Origin: a virus
Lineage: Duplodnaviria > Caudoviricetes
Strand: one strand, 5' to 3'
IMG/VR virus record: IMGVR_UViG_3300028805_003982
Length of the DNA stretch: 64,000 nucleotides
Every line of letters starts with the position of its first letter. The first letter of the stretch is position 1. Below the pieces are notes generated by a model. That model saw only the letters and a program-made list of their open reading frames with translations, was not told the DNA's origin and did no database searches. Below, piece by piece: positions 1 to 10,023 of this stretch. A program made the position numbers and the translations under genes.

Positions 1-543
1 TTAAGCATCTATGTTGATCTGCACGACGAGTTCAAGGTAGTTCAGGTTAAAGAGGATGTTAGCGCCGATATAATCTTTGAAATGGATCTTGTTAAACAGA
101 TTGTGGTTAATATCGACTATATTCTTCAGTTAATTGAGCAGTATAAGGGTTCTTTGAAGAAGGATAAGGAGATCCCGGTCGATGTTATTTATCGTGCTAT
201 TGATGCCAATCCTGAATTAAGACCCAAAAAAGAATTGATTGAGAGATTCATAGCTACCATTGATAATGTAAATGATATTTATTCTTCTTGGGTAGAGTTC
301 AAAGAAAAGCAGAAAGAAGCCGATTTTACATTTCTTATTAATAAAGAAGATTTAAAAATGCCTGAGACGCAGTTGCTTGTGGAGAAGATATTTAGACTGA
401 ACACATTCGAAGTGTCCGATGCGGATCTTTCTGATATCATACCGCCTATGCCGAGATTTGGCGGTGGTATGGCTAAGAGACTGGAAAAGAAAACAAGAGT
501 CTTAGAATTGTTAAATGAGTTCTTCATTAAGTACAGTGATTGA
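1..543 (+). CDS. hsdR: Type I restriction enzyme R subunit, C-terminal part (5' truncated by window)
   Basis: Frame open from base 1; ...DIIFEMDLVKQIVVNIDYILQLI...ELRPKKELIERFI resembles the EcoR124-type HsdR C-terminus. Confidence 0.75.
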   Translation, partial: LSIYVDLHDEFKVVQVKEDVSADIIFEMDLVKQIVVNIDYILQLIEQYKGSLKKDKEIPVDVIYRAIDANPELRPKKELIERFIATIDNVNDIYSSWVEFKEKQKEADFTFLINKEDLKMPETQLLVEKIFRLNTFEVSDADLSDIIPPMPRFGGGMAKRLEKKTRVLELLNEFFIKYSD

Positions 544-557
544 TATAGGAGAGTAAT

Positions 558-749
558 ATGCCCAGACCCAGAAAAGAAGGTAAAGTAATAAATTATTATG
601 TACGGAAGGACTTGGTTGACCGTCTTGATGCTTATTCTGAGAAGTCGTTGATACCGAAAACTTCCATTATTGAGGTTGCTCTTAAGGAGTACCTGGATAA
701 GGTTGATCCAATCGAAGAAGAAAATAAAAAAATGAAGCAAGTTACTTAG
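558..749 (+). CDS. Ribbon-helix-helix DNA-binding protein
   Basis: 63 aa; INYYVRKDLVDRLDAYS..IPKTSIIEVALKEYL fits the RHH pattern; RBS AGGAG. Confidence 0.75.
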   Translation: MPRPRKEGKVINYYVRKDLVDRLDAYSEKSLIPKTSIIEVALKEYLDKVDPIEEENKKMKQVT

Positions 750-765
750 TGATGAGGAGATAAAA

Positions 766-1230
766 ATGACTGATTTAAATGAATTGTTTTGTGTCATTTC
801 ACAATCAAGTATGTCCGATGAAGATAAAAGAAAATCAACGGAAAAGGTATTGAGTTCTGTTAATTTGTTTATAGATTATGTGAGTCATGTCTGCAGAATG
901 GATGCTTTTATTGCTTCTGTTACAGATTATAATTCTATGACAGACGCAAAGGTCAACAGTATGGATAGAACTCGCACTCAAATTCACAACAACTGTATCC
1001 AGGCTTGCCGAGACTTAAACAAATTGTGTGCAGAGCTTAAAATAGACCCTGTTTGCAATTTCCCTCTGGAAAATCGTTACCAAGTCGCAGATTTTTGCGG
1101 GGCTGTTGTCGGTGCAATATTTTTAAAAGACAGAGATCTTGGCAGTTTTGATGAAATAATTAACAGATTTGAGTTTACAAACACCTATCTTCGTCACGTT
1201 ACAGAAAAGGATTTTAACCATGGAATGTAA
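766..1230 (+). CDS. Hypothetical protein (DUF3232-like)
   Basis: 154 aa, MDRTRTQIHN motif; RBS GAGGAG. Confidence 0.55.
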   Translation: MTDLNELFCVISQSSMSDEDKRKSTEKVLSSVNLFIDYVSHVCRMDAFIASVTDYNSMTDAKVNSMDRTRTQIHNNCIQACRDLNKLCAELKIDPVCNFPLENRYQVADFCGAVVGAIFLKDRDLGSFDEIINRFEFTNTYLRHVTEKDFNHGM

Positions 1231-1570
1231 GATTGTTGAACCTAATAAGCACATTATATATATGTTCGAATACTTCCAAATAGAAGTGTATTTACTGGAT
1301 CTTTCTAACACAAATACAACTATTCCGGTCATCAAAGTCCGATCCAACGACGAAATAGCCGGAACCTTTTCGGGTGTGCTTTACCCTGATATAATCTATA
1401 TGGAAGGTAGTGGTGAGTTTGCCATTAACACCCGAATGAGCCCTCTGTATCTTTTAGAAGAGGATTTTGAAATGAATAAGCTTGCTTTTGAAAGAAGTAT
1501 GGCTTTTGTCCGCGAAGCTAATGCTTTCTTTGCAGCACATGATTGGTTCGGAAACGAAAAGACCAAATAA
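1220..1570 (+). CDS. Hypothetical protein
   Basis: ORF; ATG at 1220 overlaps the upstream gene end. Confidence 0.6.
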   Translation: MECKIVEPNKHIIYMFEYFQIEVYLLDLSNTNTTIPVIKVRSNDEIAGTFSGVLYPDIIYMEGSGEFAINTRMSPLYLLEEDFEMNKLAFERSMAFVREANAFFAAHDWFGNEKTK

Positions 1571-1795
1571 TACCTGTCATAGATCCATCAACTATCTTTA
1601 GCCCTTTCTAACAGCCTGCTGCAAAGCAGGTTGTGCTTGCGTGCGAAAAAATCTCAAAAACGCCTCTTTTTTAATTTTTTGCTGTCATAATTAAAAATAA
1701 TGGTTTAATAGCGGTAATACTTACGGTTTAACAACGGGTATATGTTATAATGAACCTGTAAGTAACATACGTCTGTTCATTAAAGGAGGCAAAGT

Positions 1796-2668
1796 ATGAA
1801 ATTGATCAAAGCTAATAAGCACGGATTTACGTTAATGGAGATCGTTATTGTCGTTGCGATTATCGTCATCCTTACCGGTTTGGTCGGCGGACTTACTATC
1901 AGCCAAATCAAGCAGTACCGTGAATGGAATGATTATGCCAAAGAGCATTTTGGCGAGAACTGGGAGAAGGAAGCCCGTCTTCAGATCGATAATATGATGA
2001 AGAACCCCGGTGCAGGCGGCGGCAGTGGCGGAAGCGGCGGCGGTTCAGGAGAAGGCAGCCCTGAAGACCCCAGGATCGCTATAGACCAGTCTATCAGGGC
2101 AAAGTATCAGGAACTGATCGATAAGGGTGTTCCTGAATCGGATATCCACGTAACGATCGACGGTGACGGTTATTGGACAGCTATCACATGGGCATCAGAC
2201 AATCCTATTTCTGATGATCCTACGCCTGCAGACCCTACCAAGGAGCCTACCAAGCCGGCTGATCCAACAACACCACCTACAACGCCGCCTACGACTCCGC
2301 CTACGCAGACACCGACGACACCGCCTACGTCAACTCCTACTCAGGCACCCAGCAATACTGGAATTGCCCCTTCAAGTGGCGTAAGCGCCGACGGTAAGTT
2401 TAAGGTAACATCTACAGGTGCTAACAGCGTTCATCTGGTCAATGCCACCAATTCCGGTGATACAGTCGATTTCAGCATTGCCAATAACGGTGGTAAGTAT
2501 ACCCTTACGATCACCGGCGGTAACAAGTGGGTGCTCGCCAATAACTCAAACGGCATCTTTGACCGTGAAGGCATTTACTTCTGGGCATACAATACTCCTA
2601 CATTTTCAGTAGAGTTAACACCTAATCTTGTTAATTATTTCCGTAACACTTTAGGTTTTAATATCTGA
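1796..2668 (+). CDS. Type IV pilin-like protein with prepilin cleavage/methylation motif, Gly-rich and Pro/Thr-rich linkers
   Basis: KHG|FTLMEIVIVVAIIVIL class III signal; GGGSGG and PTTPPT repeats; own promoter TGTTATAAT at ~1743 and RBS AAGGAGG. Confidence 0.85.
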   Translation: MKLIKANKHGFTLMEIVIVVAIIVILTGLVGGLTISQIKQYREWNDYAKEHFGENWEKEARLQIDNMMKNPGAGGGSGGSGGGSGEGSPEDPRIAIDQSIRAKYQELIDKGVPESDIHVTIDGDGYWTAITWASDNPISDDPTPADPTKEPTKPADPTTPPTTPPTTPPTQTPTTPPTSTPTQAPSNTGIAPSSGVSADGKFKVTSTGANSVHLVNATNSGDTVDFSIANNGGKYTLTITGGNKWVLANNSNGIFDREGIYFWAYNTPTFSVELTPNLVNYFRNTLGFNI

Positions 2669-2768
2669 GCATAGCTGTTTGGCAGTTGGCATATCATCTT
2701 AACAGATAACTCATAAAAGCCCCGTCCTTAACCGGGCGGGGTTTCTTAAATAACAGGAAGGGAATAGT

Positions 2769-2975
2769 GTGGAATCCAAAATGAGTATTGTCAAACCTTA
2801 TTTGTGGCTGCCGGTTAATGACCCGCAGCTTTTCACGCCCGGCGGTGATCCGCTTTACAGATGCCCTAAGTGCGGCAAAGGCGTGCATTGTAACGGGGTC
2901 GAATTCCCGAACCGTCTTGACAGTTGTCCCGATTGCGGGGTTTCCATTGACGGTTATGCAGATGATCACGCCTGA
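2769..2975 (+). CDS. Small zinc-ribbon protein
   Basis: CPKCG and CPDCG motifs. Confidence 0.6.
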   Translation: MESKMSIVKPYLWLPVNDPQLFTPGGDPLYRCPKCGKGVHCNGVEFPNRLDSCPDCGVSIDGYADDHA

Positions 2976-3007
2976 GGTAACCGTTTGTATGAAGGAGATT
3001 TAAGAAA

Positions 3008-3301
3008 ATGGTCGTAAAAGCATTAAAGTGCGATGATGATACTCCGAACTGTACTGAGTTTGTTTATCTTCACGGAAGGTTCGAAGATGATAACGGATAT
3101 GATCTCATCTATTGTGAGCAGCTGCCCGCAAAGGACGGCATCTATGATTGCGACGTTGTGATAAACGATGTGGCGGCTCCCGGGAAACTTTTCTTCTGGA
3201 GGGTAGGGAAGACTAACAGAGGTCTTGTGGTAAGTCTTGATGATCCGGAGCATTTGAAAGATGCAAAGGCGAAGTTCGATAAAAGATCGGTTTGGCTTTG
3301 A
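3008..3301 (+). CDS. Hypothetical protein
   Basis: 97 aa ORF with RBS AAGGAG. Confidence 0.65.
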   Translation: MVVKALKCDDDTPNCTEFVYLHGRFEDDNGYDLIYCEQLPAKDGIYDCDVVINDVAAPGKLFFWRVGKTNRGLVVSLDDPEHLKDAKAKFDKRSVWL

Positions 3302-3344
3302 TCTGCAGGTGTTGTAACACTGTTAAAGAAAGGGAAAATAATTA

Positions 3345-4688
3345 ATGTCAGGTGTTGTGAAAGCAGTTTCTAAGGCGTTTGAAGTGGAGTCGGTAAGGAA
3401 AAGGCTCCTTTATACTTTAGGCATACTGGCTCTTTTTATGTTAGGCGGACTGATCCCGGTTCCCGGTCTGGACGGAGCTAAGTTTACGGAGCTTATAAGG
3501 CAGTGGGGGCAGCTCGGGTCCATTATGGACTTTGTATCAGGCGGAGGCCTTTATCACGCAACCATCTTTGCTCTCGGAGTTTCACCCTACATCAATGCGT
3601 CTATCATAATCCAGCTTCTTCAGGTAGTGATCCCCCGGTTGGAGGAGCTTTCTAAAGAAGGGGAAGCAGGAAGGAAGACGATCACACGCATTACACGAGT
3701 ATCTGCTGTATGTCTTGCTTTTATTCAGTCCTGTTTGTTCTGCTATTCAACCAGAAGTGCAATGGTGCCTTCGCTGCCCGCATGGCTTAACGCAATGCTC
3801 GTGATCGTTTCGTTTACGGCAGGTTCCTGCCTTGTTGTCTGGTTGGGTGAGAAGATCAATGACAAGGGTATCGGAAACGGCGTATCCCTTATCATCTTCG
3901 CAGGCATCGTAACAAGACTCCCTGATATGGCAAGGAGTTTATATGTAAAATGTACCGACATCGCAGTTTCTTTCGATAACCGGGTAATAGGAACGGTACT
4001 CGGCATTTTGACTTTTATCGGGATTTCCGTTATAAGTGTCGGCATCATCGTGTTTGTTTTGTATGTTCAGTGTGCGGAAAGGCGCATTCCCGTTCAGTAT
4101 TCCAAGAAGGTCGTTGGCAGATCTCAACGGGGCGGCAATAAGGACTACATTCCTTTGAAGGTCAACCAGTCAGGTGTTATGCCCGTAATCTTTGCGATGA
4201 GCATCCTGGCAGTACCTTCCATGATCGTAATGCTGTTTTTCAAGAACAGCGAAAGTCCCGTTGCCAAGTTCTTTGCCGGGGCATTTACAGGCAGCGTATG
4301 GTACTACATAGCGTATTTCCTGTTCATCATCGGATTTACATTCTTTTATTCGTCGATACAGTTTCACCCGACGGAGATCGCCAACAATCTCGCCAAGAAC
4401 GGCGGCAGTATAAGCGGAATAAGACCCGGAAAACCCACGGCTGATTTTATTAAGAGAACGGCTTTCCGTCTTAATTGGGCTGATGCAGCCTTTTTATCTT
4501 TAGTTTGCATTGTTCCGACGGTTATCGGCATCTTAACCGGTTTTCAGAACGTCTGGTTTGCGGGAACATCTGTCCTCATTCTTACGGGTGTGGCTAACGA
4601 TATGTCTATGCAGATAGACAGTGAAGTGGAAGTAAGAAGTCCCAAGGGCTTCTTGGACAATATATTGATCAAGACAGTAAAAGCATAA
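3345..4688 (+). CDS. secY: Preprotein translocase subunit SecY
   Basis: IFALGVSPYINASIIIQLL, GIGNGVSLIIFAGI, YIPLKVNQSGVMPVIFA, GIRPGKPT motifs; multiple TM segments. Confidence 0.97.
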   Translation: MSGVVKAVSKAFEVESVRKRLLYTLGILALFMLGGLIPVPGLDGAKFTELIRQWGQLGSIMDFVSGGGLYHATIFALGVSPYINASIIIQLLQVVIPRLEELSKEGEAGRKTITRITRVSAVCLAFIQSCLFCYSTRSAMVPSLPAWLNAMLVIVSFTAGSCLVVWLGEKINDKGIGNGVSLIIFAGIVTRLPDMARSLYVKCTDIAVSFDNRVIGTVLGILTFIGISVISVGIIVFVLYVQCAERRIPVQYSKKVVGRSQRGGNKDYIPLKVNQSGVMPVIFAMSILAVPSMIVMLFFKNSESPVAKFFAGAFTGSVWYYIAYFLFIIGFTFFYSSIQFHPTEIANNLAKNGGSISGIRPGKPTADFIKRTAFRLNWADAAFLSLVCIVPTVIGILTGFQNVWFAGTSVLILTGVANDMSMQIDSEVEVRSPKGFLDNILIKTVKA

Positions 4689-4737
4689 ATGCTGTTAAGG
4701 GTTAGGAAATTACATTGCGAATGGAAAGGAAAGAACT

Positions 4738-5160
4738 ATGGGGCTTACATTGACAGCTAACAAATCTAATTATTCTTTTGATATGGGAGCCGGCGGGTTT
4801 TTTAATCTTAGAGCGAACATAGCGGATCTGTTTGACGAACAGTTCGGTGAACATTACAGAAAATTATTGAAATGCTATTACCAGAAAGATTACGAAGAGC
4901 ACGACCGTATAGCAAATGAGATTCTGTCGCACCCAAGATTTAAAGAGGAAGACGAAGACATTTTGGATTTCCTGTACGCCTCTGATTGTGATGGGAAGAT
5001 CAGTTATAAGACTTGCGGAAAGCTGTACAACCTGATAAAAGATCATGATTTCAGCAATGAATGCTTCCGCTATGCGGCATATGCGCACAACGATTACGAA
5101 GAGCTAAAGGGGTTTCTTAAAGAATGTTATTCGCACAGAAGAAACGCATATTGGAGGTAG
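4738..5160 (+). CDS. Hypothetical protein
   Basis: 140 aa ORF, FLYASDCDGKI motif. Confidence 0.7.
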   Translation: MGLTLTANKSNYSFDMGAGGFFNLRANIADLFDEQFGEHYRKLLKCYYQKDYEEHDRIANEILSHPRFKEEDEDILDFLYASDCDGKISYKTCGKLYNLIKDHDFSNECFRYAAYAHNDYEELKGFLKECYSHRRNAYWR

Positions 5161-5166
5161 GGGATT

Positions 5167-6384
5167 ATGGAAAACAAATGGATCAGAGCGGCAGTGCCTG
5201 CACTTTTGATACACTGTTCCATCGGCACGGTGTATTGCTGGAGCACTTTTAAGGAGGCTATCGCCACAGCGATAGGGATGAGCCCTTTCGCAATTGGCTG
5301 GGCGTTTTCCTTTGCGATATTCTTCCTCGGTATGTCCGCAGCCTTTGCGGGCAAGCTGGTCGAGCTGAATATCCACAAGTCGTCTCTTGTATCCGCGATC
5401 TGTTTCACGGTCGGAATGATCGGCACGGGTCTTACGATCAATTATTGCAAAGGCGTATTGGCATTGATACTTATCTATCTGTTTTACGGTTGTATTATGG
5501 GTATCGGTCTTGGCGTCGGATATTTAACGCCGGTCAAGACGCTGATGTTATGGTTTAAGGATAATAAAGGTCTTGCCACGGGTATCTCGATAATGGGGTT
5601 TGGGCTTGCCAAAGCGATCGCAACACCCGTTATGGAGCTTTTGCAGAAAAAGTGCGGAATATCTGCAATGTTTATCGTTTTAGGCGGTTGCTATTTTGTT
5701 CTGATGATGTTAGGCCATCTGCTTCTGAAAAAGCCTTCCGGCTGGGTTGAAGACAATGCAACGAACAATGAGTTCAAAGTCAGCTCCATGCTCAAAGACA
5801 AGACATTCATCGGCATCTGGCTTATCTTCTATATCAACATCCACTGCGGTCTGATGCTCATTACCTATGAAAAACAATTGCTTAACGAGAAGTTTGCAGG
5901 TCTTGCGATACTTACTGCGATAGTCAGCGTCGTGCCTTCTGTAACTGCCGTATGTAACGCCCTCGGCCGTATAGGGTATTCTACCATTTCCGATAAGATG
6001 AAAGACCGTGCGACGGTTTACGGTATCATATTCCTGTCCTGTATCCTGATCTGCTGCGCAGGCACTCTTGTCGGCAACGGTTATGTGATAATTGCGCTGC
6101 TCATGATAATCAACCTTGGCTACGGCGGCGGTTTCTCAACGCTTCCGGCTCTTCTTGAGTCGCGTTTCGGCATGAAGAACATATCAAAGATACACGGCCT
6201 CGCCCTGTCCGCGTGGGCTATCGCAGGATTGACCGGCAACAATACTTCTGAGTTGCTCTTAAAGAGCACAAACAATAATTATGGATATATCATAGCGACA
6301 GCTACGATGCTATATTCGATAGCTTGGTTCATATATTTCATGATGGTTAGGACAGGCGCGGATAGAAAGCAGGCCGGATCATGA
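5167..6384 (+). CDS. MFS transporter, oxalate/formate antiporter (OFA) family
   Basis: SIGTVYCWSTF, GIGLGVGYLTPVKTLMLWFKDNKGLATG, YGGGFSTLPALL; about 12 TM segments. Confidence 0.9.
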   Translation: MENKWIRAAVPALLIHCSIGTVYCWSTFKEAIATAIGMSPFAIGWAFSFAIFFLGMSAAFAGKLVELNIHKSSLVSAICFTVGMIGTGLTINYCKGVLALILIYLFYGCIMGIGLGVGYLTPVKTLMLWFKDNKGLATGISIMGFGLAKAIATPVMELLQKKCGISAMFIVLGGCYFVLMMLGHLLLKKPSGWVEDNATNNEFKVSSMLKDKTFIGIWLIFYINIHCGLMLITYEKQLLNEKFAGLAILTAIVSVVPSVTAVCNALGRIGYSTISDKMKDRATVYGIIFLSCILICCAGTLVGNGYVIIALLMIINLGYGGGFSTLPALLESRFGMKNISKIHGLALSAWAIAGLTGNNTSELLLKSTNNNYGYIIATATMLYSIAWFIYFMMVRTGADRKQAGS

Positions 6385-8669
6385 CGTCGCAAACGTTCTA
6401 CACTACGATCTTTTGGCTCCTCGCCTTTTTACAGGCGGGGTGTGCCTTTTTGGCGTTCCGGTCGGAAAAGTCGATAGGTAAGCACACCGGATGGCTTAAT
6501 CTCGCACTTATTGCGCCAATCGTATCCAATATCGCAATAACCGATTCACATTCTTTTGATGTGTCCCGTTTGGGGTATTATGCTTCTTACATCGGCATGA
6601 CCTGCGTCATGATCGCAGTAGTCAATTTTACCGTCAGCTACTGCCAGAAGGAGAGCGGGCTTCGGTATAAAGGCCTGATACTGATGTACGTTATCGGGGT
6701 CTTTGACATAGTGCAGATCCTGTCAGGCTTTATCTTCGACCACGTCTTTTCTATGGAAACGGTAATGCTGGACGGGCTTCCTTTCATTGCAGACGTACCT
6801 AAATACGGACTGACCATACACAGGGTCTTGTCCTATGTAATGTATTCTTATGCGTTGGTGATCCTTATCATCAACATAGCAAAGACAGCAAAGCTATACA
6901 GAGAAAAATTCGTTGTGATCCTTATAACCCTGCTGGCTGCGGGGATCGCACAGTTTATGTTTATATTTTCGAGAACACCCATAGATAAATCAGTCATATT
7001 ACACGGCATCTTTGGTTTGGTAGTCTACTATTTTTCAATCCATTATCGTCCGTTAAAGCTTCTAGACGCCGTATTGTCCACTGTAGCCTCCGACATGAAC
7101 GATGCCGTCTATGTCTTTGATGCCGACAACAAATGCGTTTGGGCAAACGATCCGGGGTATAAGCTCATCGGCGTTCCGGCGGGGAAGACCGGTCTGGTCA
7201 AAGCGGCTCTCTTTCAGATGTTCGGAGATTTTTCTGACAAAGGAAAGGCTTGGGCGGATGATATATACATTCCTTCGGTTCATGGATATTACATTCTTGA
7301 ACGTAAGGCCGTGGAGACGTCAAGGCTTCAGAACGGTTCGTTCCTTGTTATTAAGGACAGTACGGAGCGGCATAGGGCTTTGGAAAAGGAGTTGTACGCC
7401 TCAACTCACGACGGTCTTACGGGGCTTCACAATATGAGATATCTTTATCAGTGTATAGAAGATATCTTGAAAAAAGAATCTGCCGAGTATTGTGTGCTGT
7501 ATTTGAACCTGAAGAACTTTAAGATCGTAAATGATATATTCGGGAAAAAGTTCGGGGATAAGGTGCTGGTCGAATTGGCACAGTGGATCAAGACCAATCT
7601 TACTGATGAAAGGATCTTGTACGGAAGGCTTATAGGCGATACTTTCGGTATCTTTATGCCGATTGAACTTTTTAATGAAGACATGTTTTTAAAGGATCTG
7701 GCGAATTTTTCCGTCGATAATCAGGTTCATCATCAGATCTGCATCCATACCGGCGTCTATTTCATATCAGACCCCACTGTCGAAGTGTCGGTATTGTTTG
7801 ACCGGGCACATCTTGCCTTAAACAACATAACGGGTAACTATAAGACATATGTGGCTTATTATAATGATGAGCTGCGCAGGTCCCTTATAGAAGAACAGCA
7901 GCTGGTCTCTGACCTCAACGAAGCATTGGCCAATGATCAGATAAAGGCTTATCTGCAGCCCATAGCAGATGTCAACGGCGTTGTAGTCGGCGCAGAGGCC
8001 CTGGCGCGGTGGGAGCATCCTTCATTGGGGTTCTTGTCGCCGTCTAAGTTTATACCCATGTTTGAGAAAAACGGCATGATAATCGAAGTCGACAAGCATA
8101 TCTGGGAATATGTATGTAAGATCCTCAGGCGGTGGAAAGGGGTATACGACAACCTTTTTATATCTTTCAATGTATCGCCTAAGGATTTTTATTACATAGA
8201 TGTCGTAGACGTCATTAAAGGACTCGTCGCAAGATATGAGATAGATCCCGCCAAGCTCAGGATCGAGATCACGGAAACTGCCATGATGTCTGATCCCGAA
8301 GAGAAGATCAAGATCTTTAATGCTCTGAGAAATGCCGGATTCGTGGTTGAAATGGACGATTTCGGCAGCGGATATTCCTCTCTTAATCTCTTAAAGGATA
8401 TGCCGGTCGATGTCTTAAAGATAGATATGGCGTTTCTGTCGTCGGAAGAAAATGACAAATCGGAAACCATTATCCGCAACGTGCTGAACTTATCCAATGA
8501 TCTTAAGATAACCGCTTTGACCGAAGGTGTTGAGACTAAGCAGCAGTATGCCCAATTAGTCGATCTCGGGTGTTCCTTGTTCCAGGGATATTACTTTGCC
8601 AAACCGATGTCAGCAGAAGATTTTGATAAGTTTATAGAAGCTAGGTCATCCGATCCCGGGTCCAAGTAA
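6381..8669 (+). CDS. 7TM-PAS-GGDEF(degenerate)-EAL c-di-GMP phosphodiesterase
   Basis: N-terminal TM helices; HDGLTGLHN; GGDEF replaced by IGDTF; intact EAL, EITE, DDFGSGYSS, KID, EGVE, QGY motifs. Confidence 0.9.
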   Translation: MTSQTFYTTIFWLLAFLQAGCAFLAFRSEKSIGKHTGWLNLALIAPIVSNIAITDSHSFDVSRLGYYASYIGMTCVMIAVVNFTVSYCQKESGLRYKGLILMYVIGVFDIVQILSGFIFDHVFSMETVMLDGLPFIADVPKYGLTIHRVLSYVMYSYALVILIINIAKTAKLYREKFVVILITLLAAGIAQFMFIFSRTPIDKSVILHGIFGLVVYYFSIHYRPLKLLDAVLSTVASDMNDAVYVFDADNKCVWANDPGYKLIGVPAGKTGLVKAALFQMFGDFSDKGKAWADDIYIPSVHGYYILERKAVETSRLQNGSFLVIKDSTERHRALEKELYASTHDGLTGLHNMRYLYQCIEDILKKESAEYCVLYLNLKNFKIVNDIFGKKFGDKVLVELAQWIKTNLTDERILYGRLIGDTFGIFMPIELFNEDMFLKDLANFSVDNQVHHQICIHTGVYFISDPTVEVSVLFDRAHLALNNITGNYKTYVAYYNDELRRSLIEEQQLVSDLNEALANDQIKAYLQPIADVNGVVVGAEALARWEHPSLGFLSPSKFIPMFEKNGMIIEVDKHIWEYVCKILRRWKGVYDNLFISFNVSPKDFYYIDVVDVIKGLVARYEIDPAKLRIEITETAMMSDPEEKIKIFNALRNAGFVVEMDDFGSGYSSLNLLKDMPVDVLKIDMAFLSSEENDKSETIIRNVLNLSNDLKITALTEGVETKQQYAQLVDLGCSLFQGYYFAKPMSAEDFDKFIEARSSDPGSK

Positions 8670-8756
8670 CAGGTCCAGGGTAAACCTGACCCTAAATCCG
8701 GGTTATAACGTCATACTTTCTGTAGATTAAATCTATCGGCAAAGGAGAAGAGTGTT

Positions 8757-9662
8757 ATGACTATATACAGCCTGGAAGGTTTTTCGTCCCGATTGACAGA
8801 ACGTCTTAAAATGCTTGAGCCGTCGCTTAAAGACTATAATTTCAGGATAGATACCATTGTAAAACAGAATCAGCCGACTTATACCGGTCTTATATGTGAG
8901 CAAAAGGATCATAATCCGGGTAAATATCCGATCTTGGATCTCGATGAAATGTACGAAGCGTATTGTGAAGGCACGTCTATTCAGGAGATCGCAGAGTATT
9001 CGCTGAAATTGATTCATCGCGTCGATAAGGAAACTCCCGATAAATATGAATTTCTCTTGGATTATGAACAGTGCAAAGGTATGTTGTATGTACAGCTTAT
9101 GGCAAAAGATAATGTTATGGGAGAGGTTCCTTATCAGATGCTTGATGACCTGGCCGTAGTCTGCTATGTCCACATTGATCTGGGGCCGGACCGCTACGGA
9201 CGCACCGCCGTTAATGATTCTTTGATCAAGTTATGGGGCGTGTCGCCCAAAGAAGTATTCGATCAGGCGTTCAAAAACTCGCCTAAAATCGACCCTGCCG
9301 TTGCTGTTCCCATGGCAGACATCCTTCCTTCCGGCGTTCCGGATGAATTGGGTATGGTAATCCTTTCCAATCGTCAGACCCGTTGCGGATGCGGCGTTAT
9401 CTGCCAGCAGGGTTTTCTTGATAAGGTAGATAAAGAGTTCTTTGACGGCAAGGGAATGATCCTCATTCCGGAAAGCGTTGATTCTTTCCTTGCACTGCCT
9501 TTAGATATCGACATCGAGTCGGAGGCTATCAAAGCGATTATAGATCATTGCAATCGTGGTCTTGACCCGAGTCAGGTGCTTTCCAACCATCTTTACACAT
9601 ATAGTAAGGATCTTGGGTTCCAGAGTCTTGAAAACAGCGGACTTGATGGTTTTTCGAGGTGA
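8757..9662 (+). CDS. DUF5688-like protein
   Basis: IVKQN..YTGL, LDDLAVVCY, MVILSN, ILIPES, LSNHLYTY pattern. Confidence 0.65.
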   Translation: MTIYSLEGFSSRLTERLKMLEPSLKDYNFRIDTIVKQNQPTYTGLICEQKDHNPGKYPILDLDEMYEAYCEGTSIQEIAEYSLKLIHRVDKETPDKYEFLLDYEQCKGMLYVQLMAKDNVMGEVPYQMLDDLAVVCYVHIDLGPDRYGRTAVNDSLIKLWGVSPKEVFDQAFKNSPKIDPAVAVPMADILPSGVPDELGMVILSNRQTRCGCGVICQQGFLDKVDKEFFDGKGMILIPESVDSFLALPLDIDIESEAIKAIIDHCNRGLDPSQVLSNHLYTYSKDLGFQSLENSGLDGFSR

Positions 9663-9667
9663 TCAAA

Positions 9668-10021
9668 ATGGCTAAAAAGAAAGATTACGGCGGAGCTTGG
9701 GATGTAGATCCTGAAATGTACTGGAGTATGGAAGACCTTAGAGAACTTTCTTCTTCAGTAGCTGAAGCAATGTGTGGCATAGACGGGCTGGAGAGTTTTT
9801 GTGTCACCGATGTCTATTGTGATGCCGATAACAATCTGACCATTGAAGGAGAGTCTTCTTGCGGTACTGTTTCGGTAACTGAAAAGATCGACCTTCGTAA
9901 GGCCAAGACCTGCAAGGAGCTCGTGGATAAGTACACGTCTGTTTTTGTTGAAAGTCTTTTGGCAGGAACGGAATCAAACAAGATCGATATGGCTGAGTAT
10001 TACTCAGGGTTGGGGGAATAA
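9668..10021 (+). CDS. Hypothetical protein
   Basis: ORF with RBS GAGGTG. Confidence 0.7.
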   Translation: MAKKKDYGGAWDVDPEMYWSMEDLRELSSSVAEAMCGIDGLESFCVTDVYCDADNNLTIEGESSCGTVSVTEKIDLRKAKTCKELVDKYTSVFVESLLAGTESNKIDMAEYYSGLGE

Positions 10022-10023
10022 TC

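Noticed and set aside
2215-2345. Short tandem DNA repeats
   Set aside because: They encode the Pro/Thr linker of the pilin-like protein and are not an independent repeat element.
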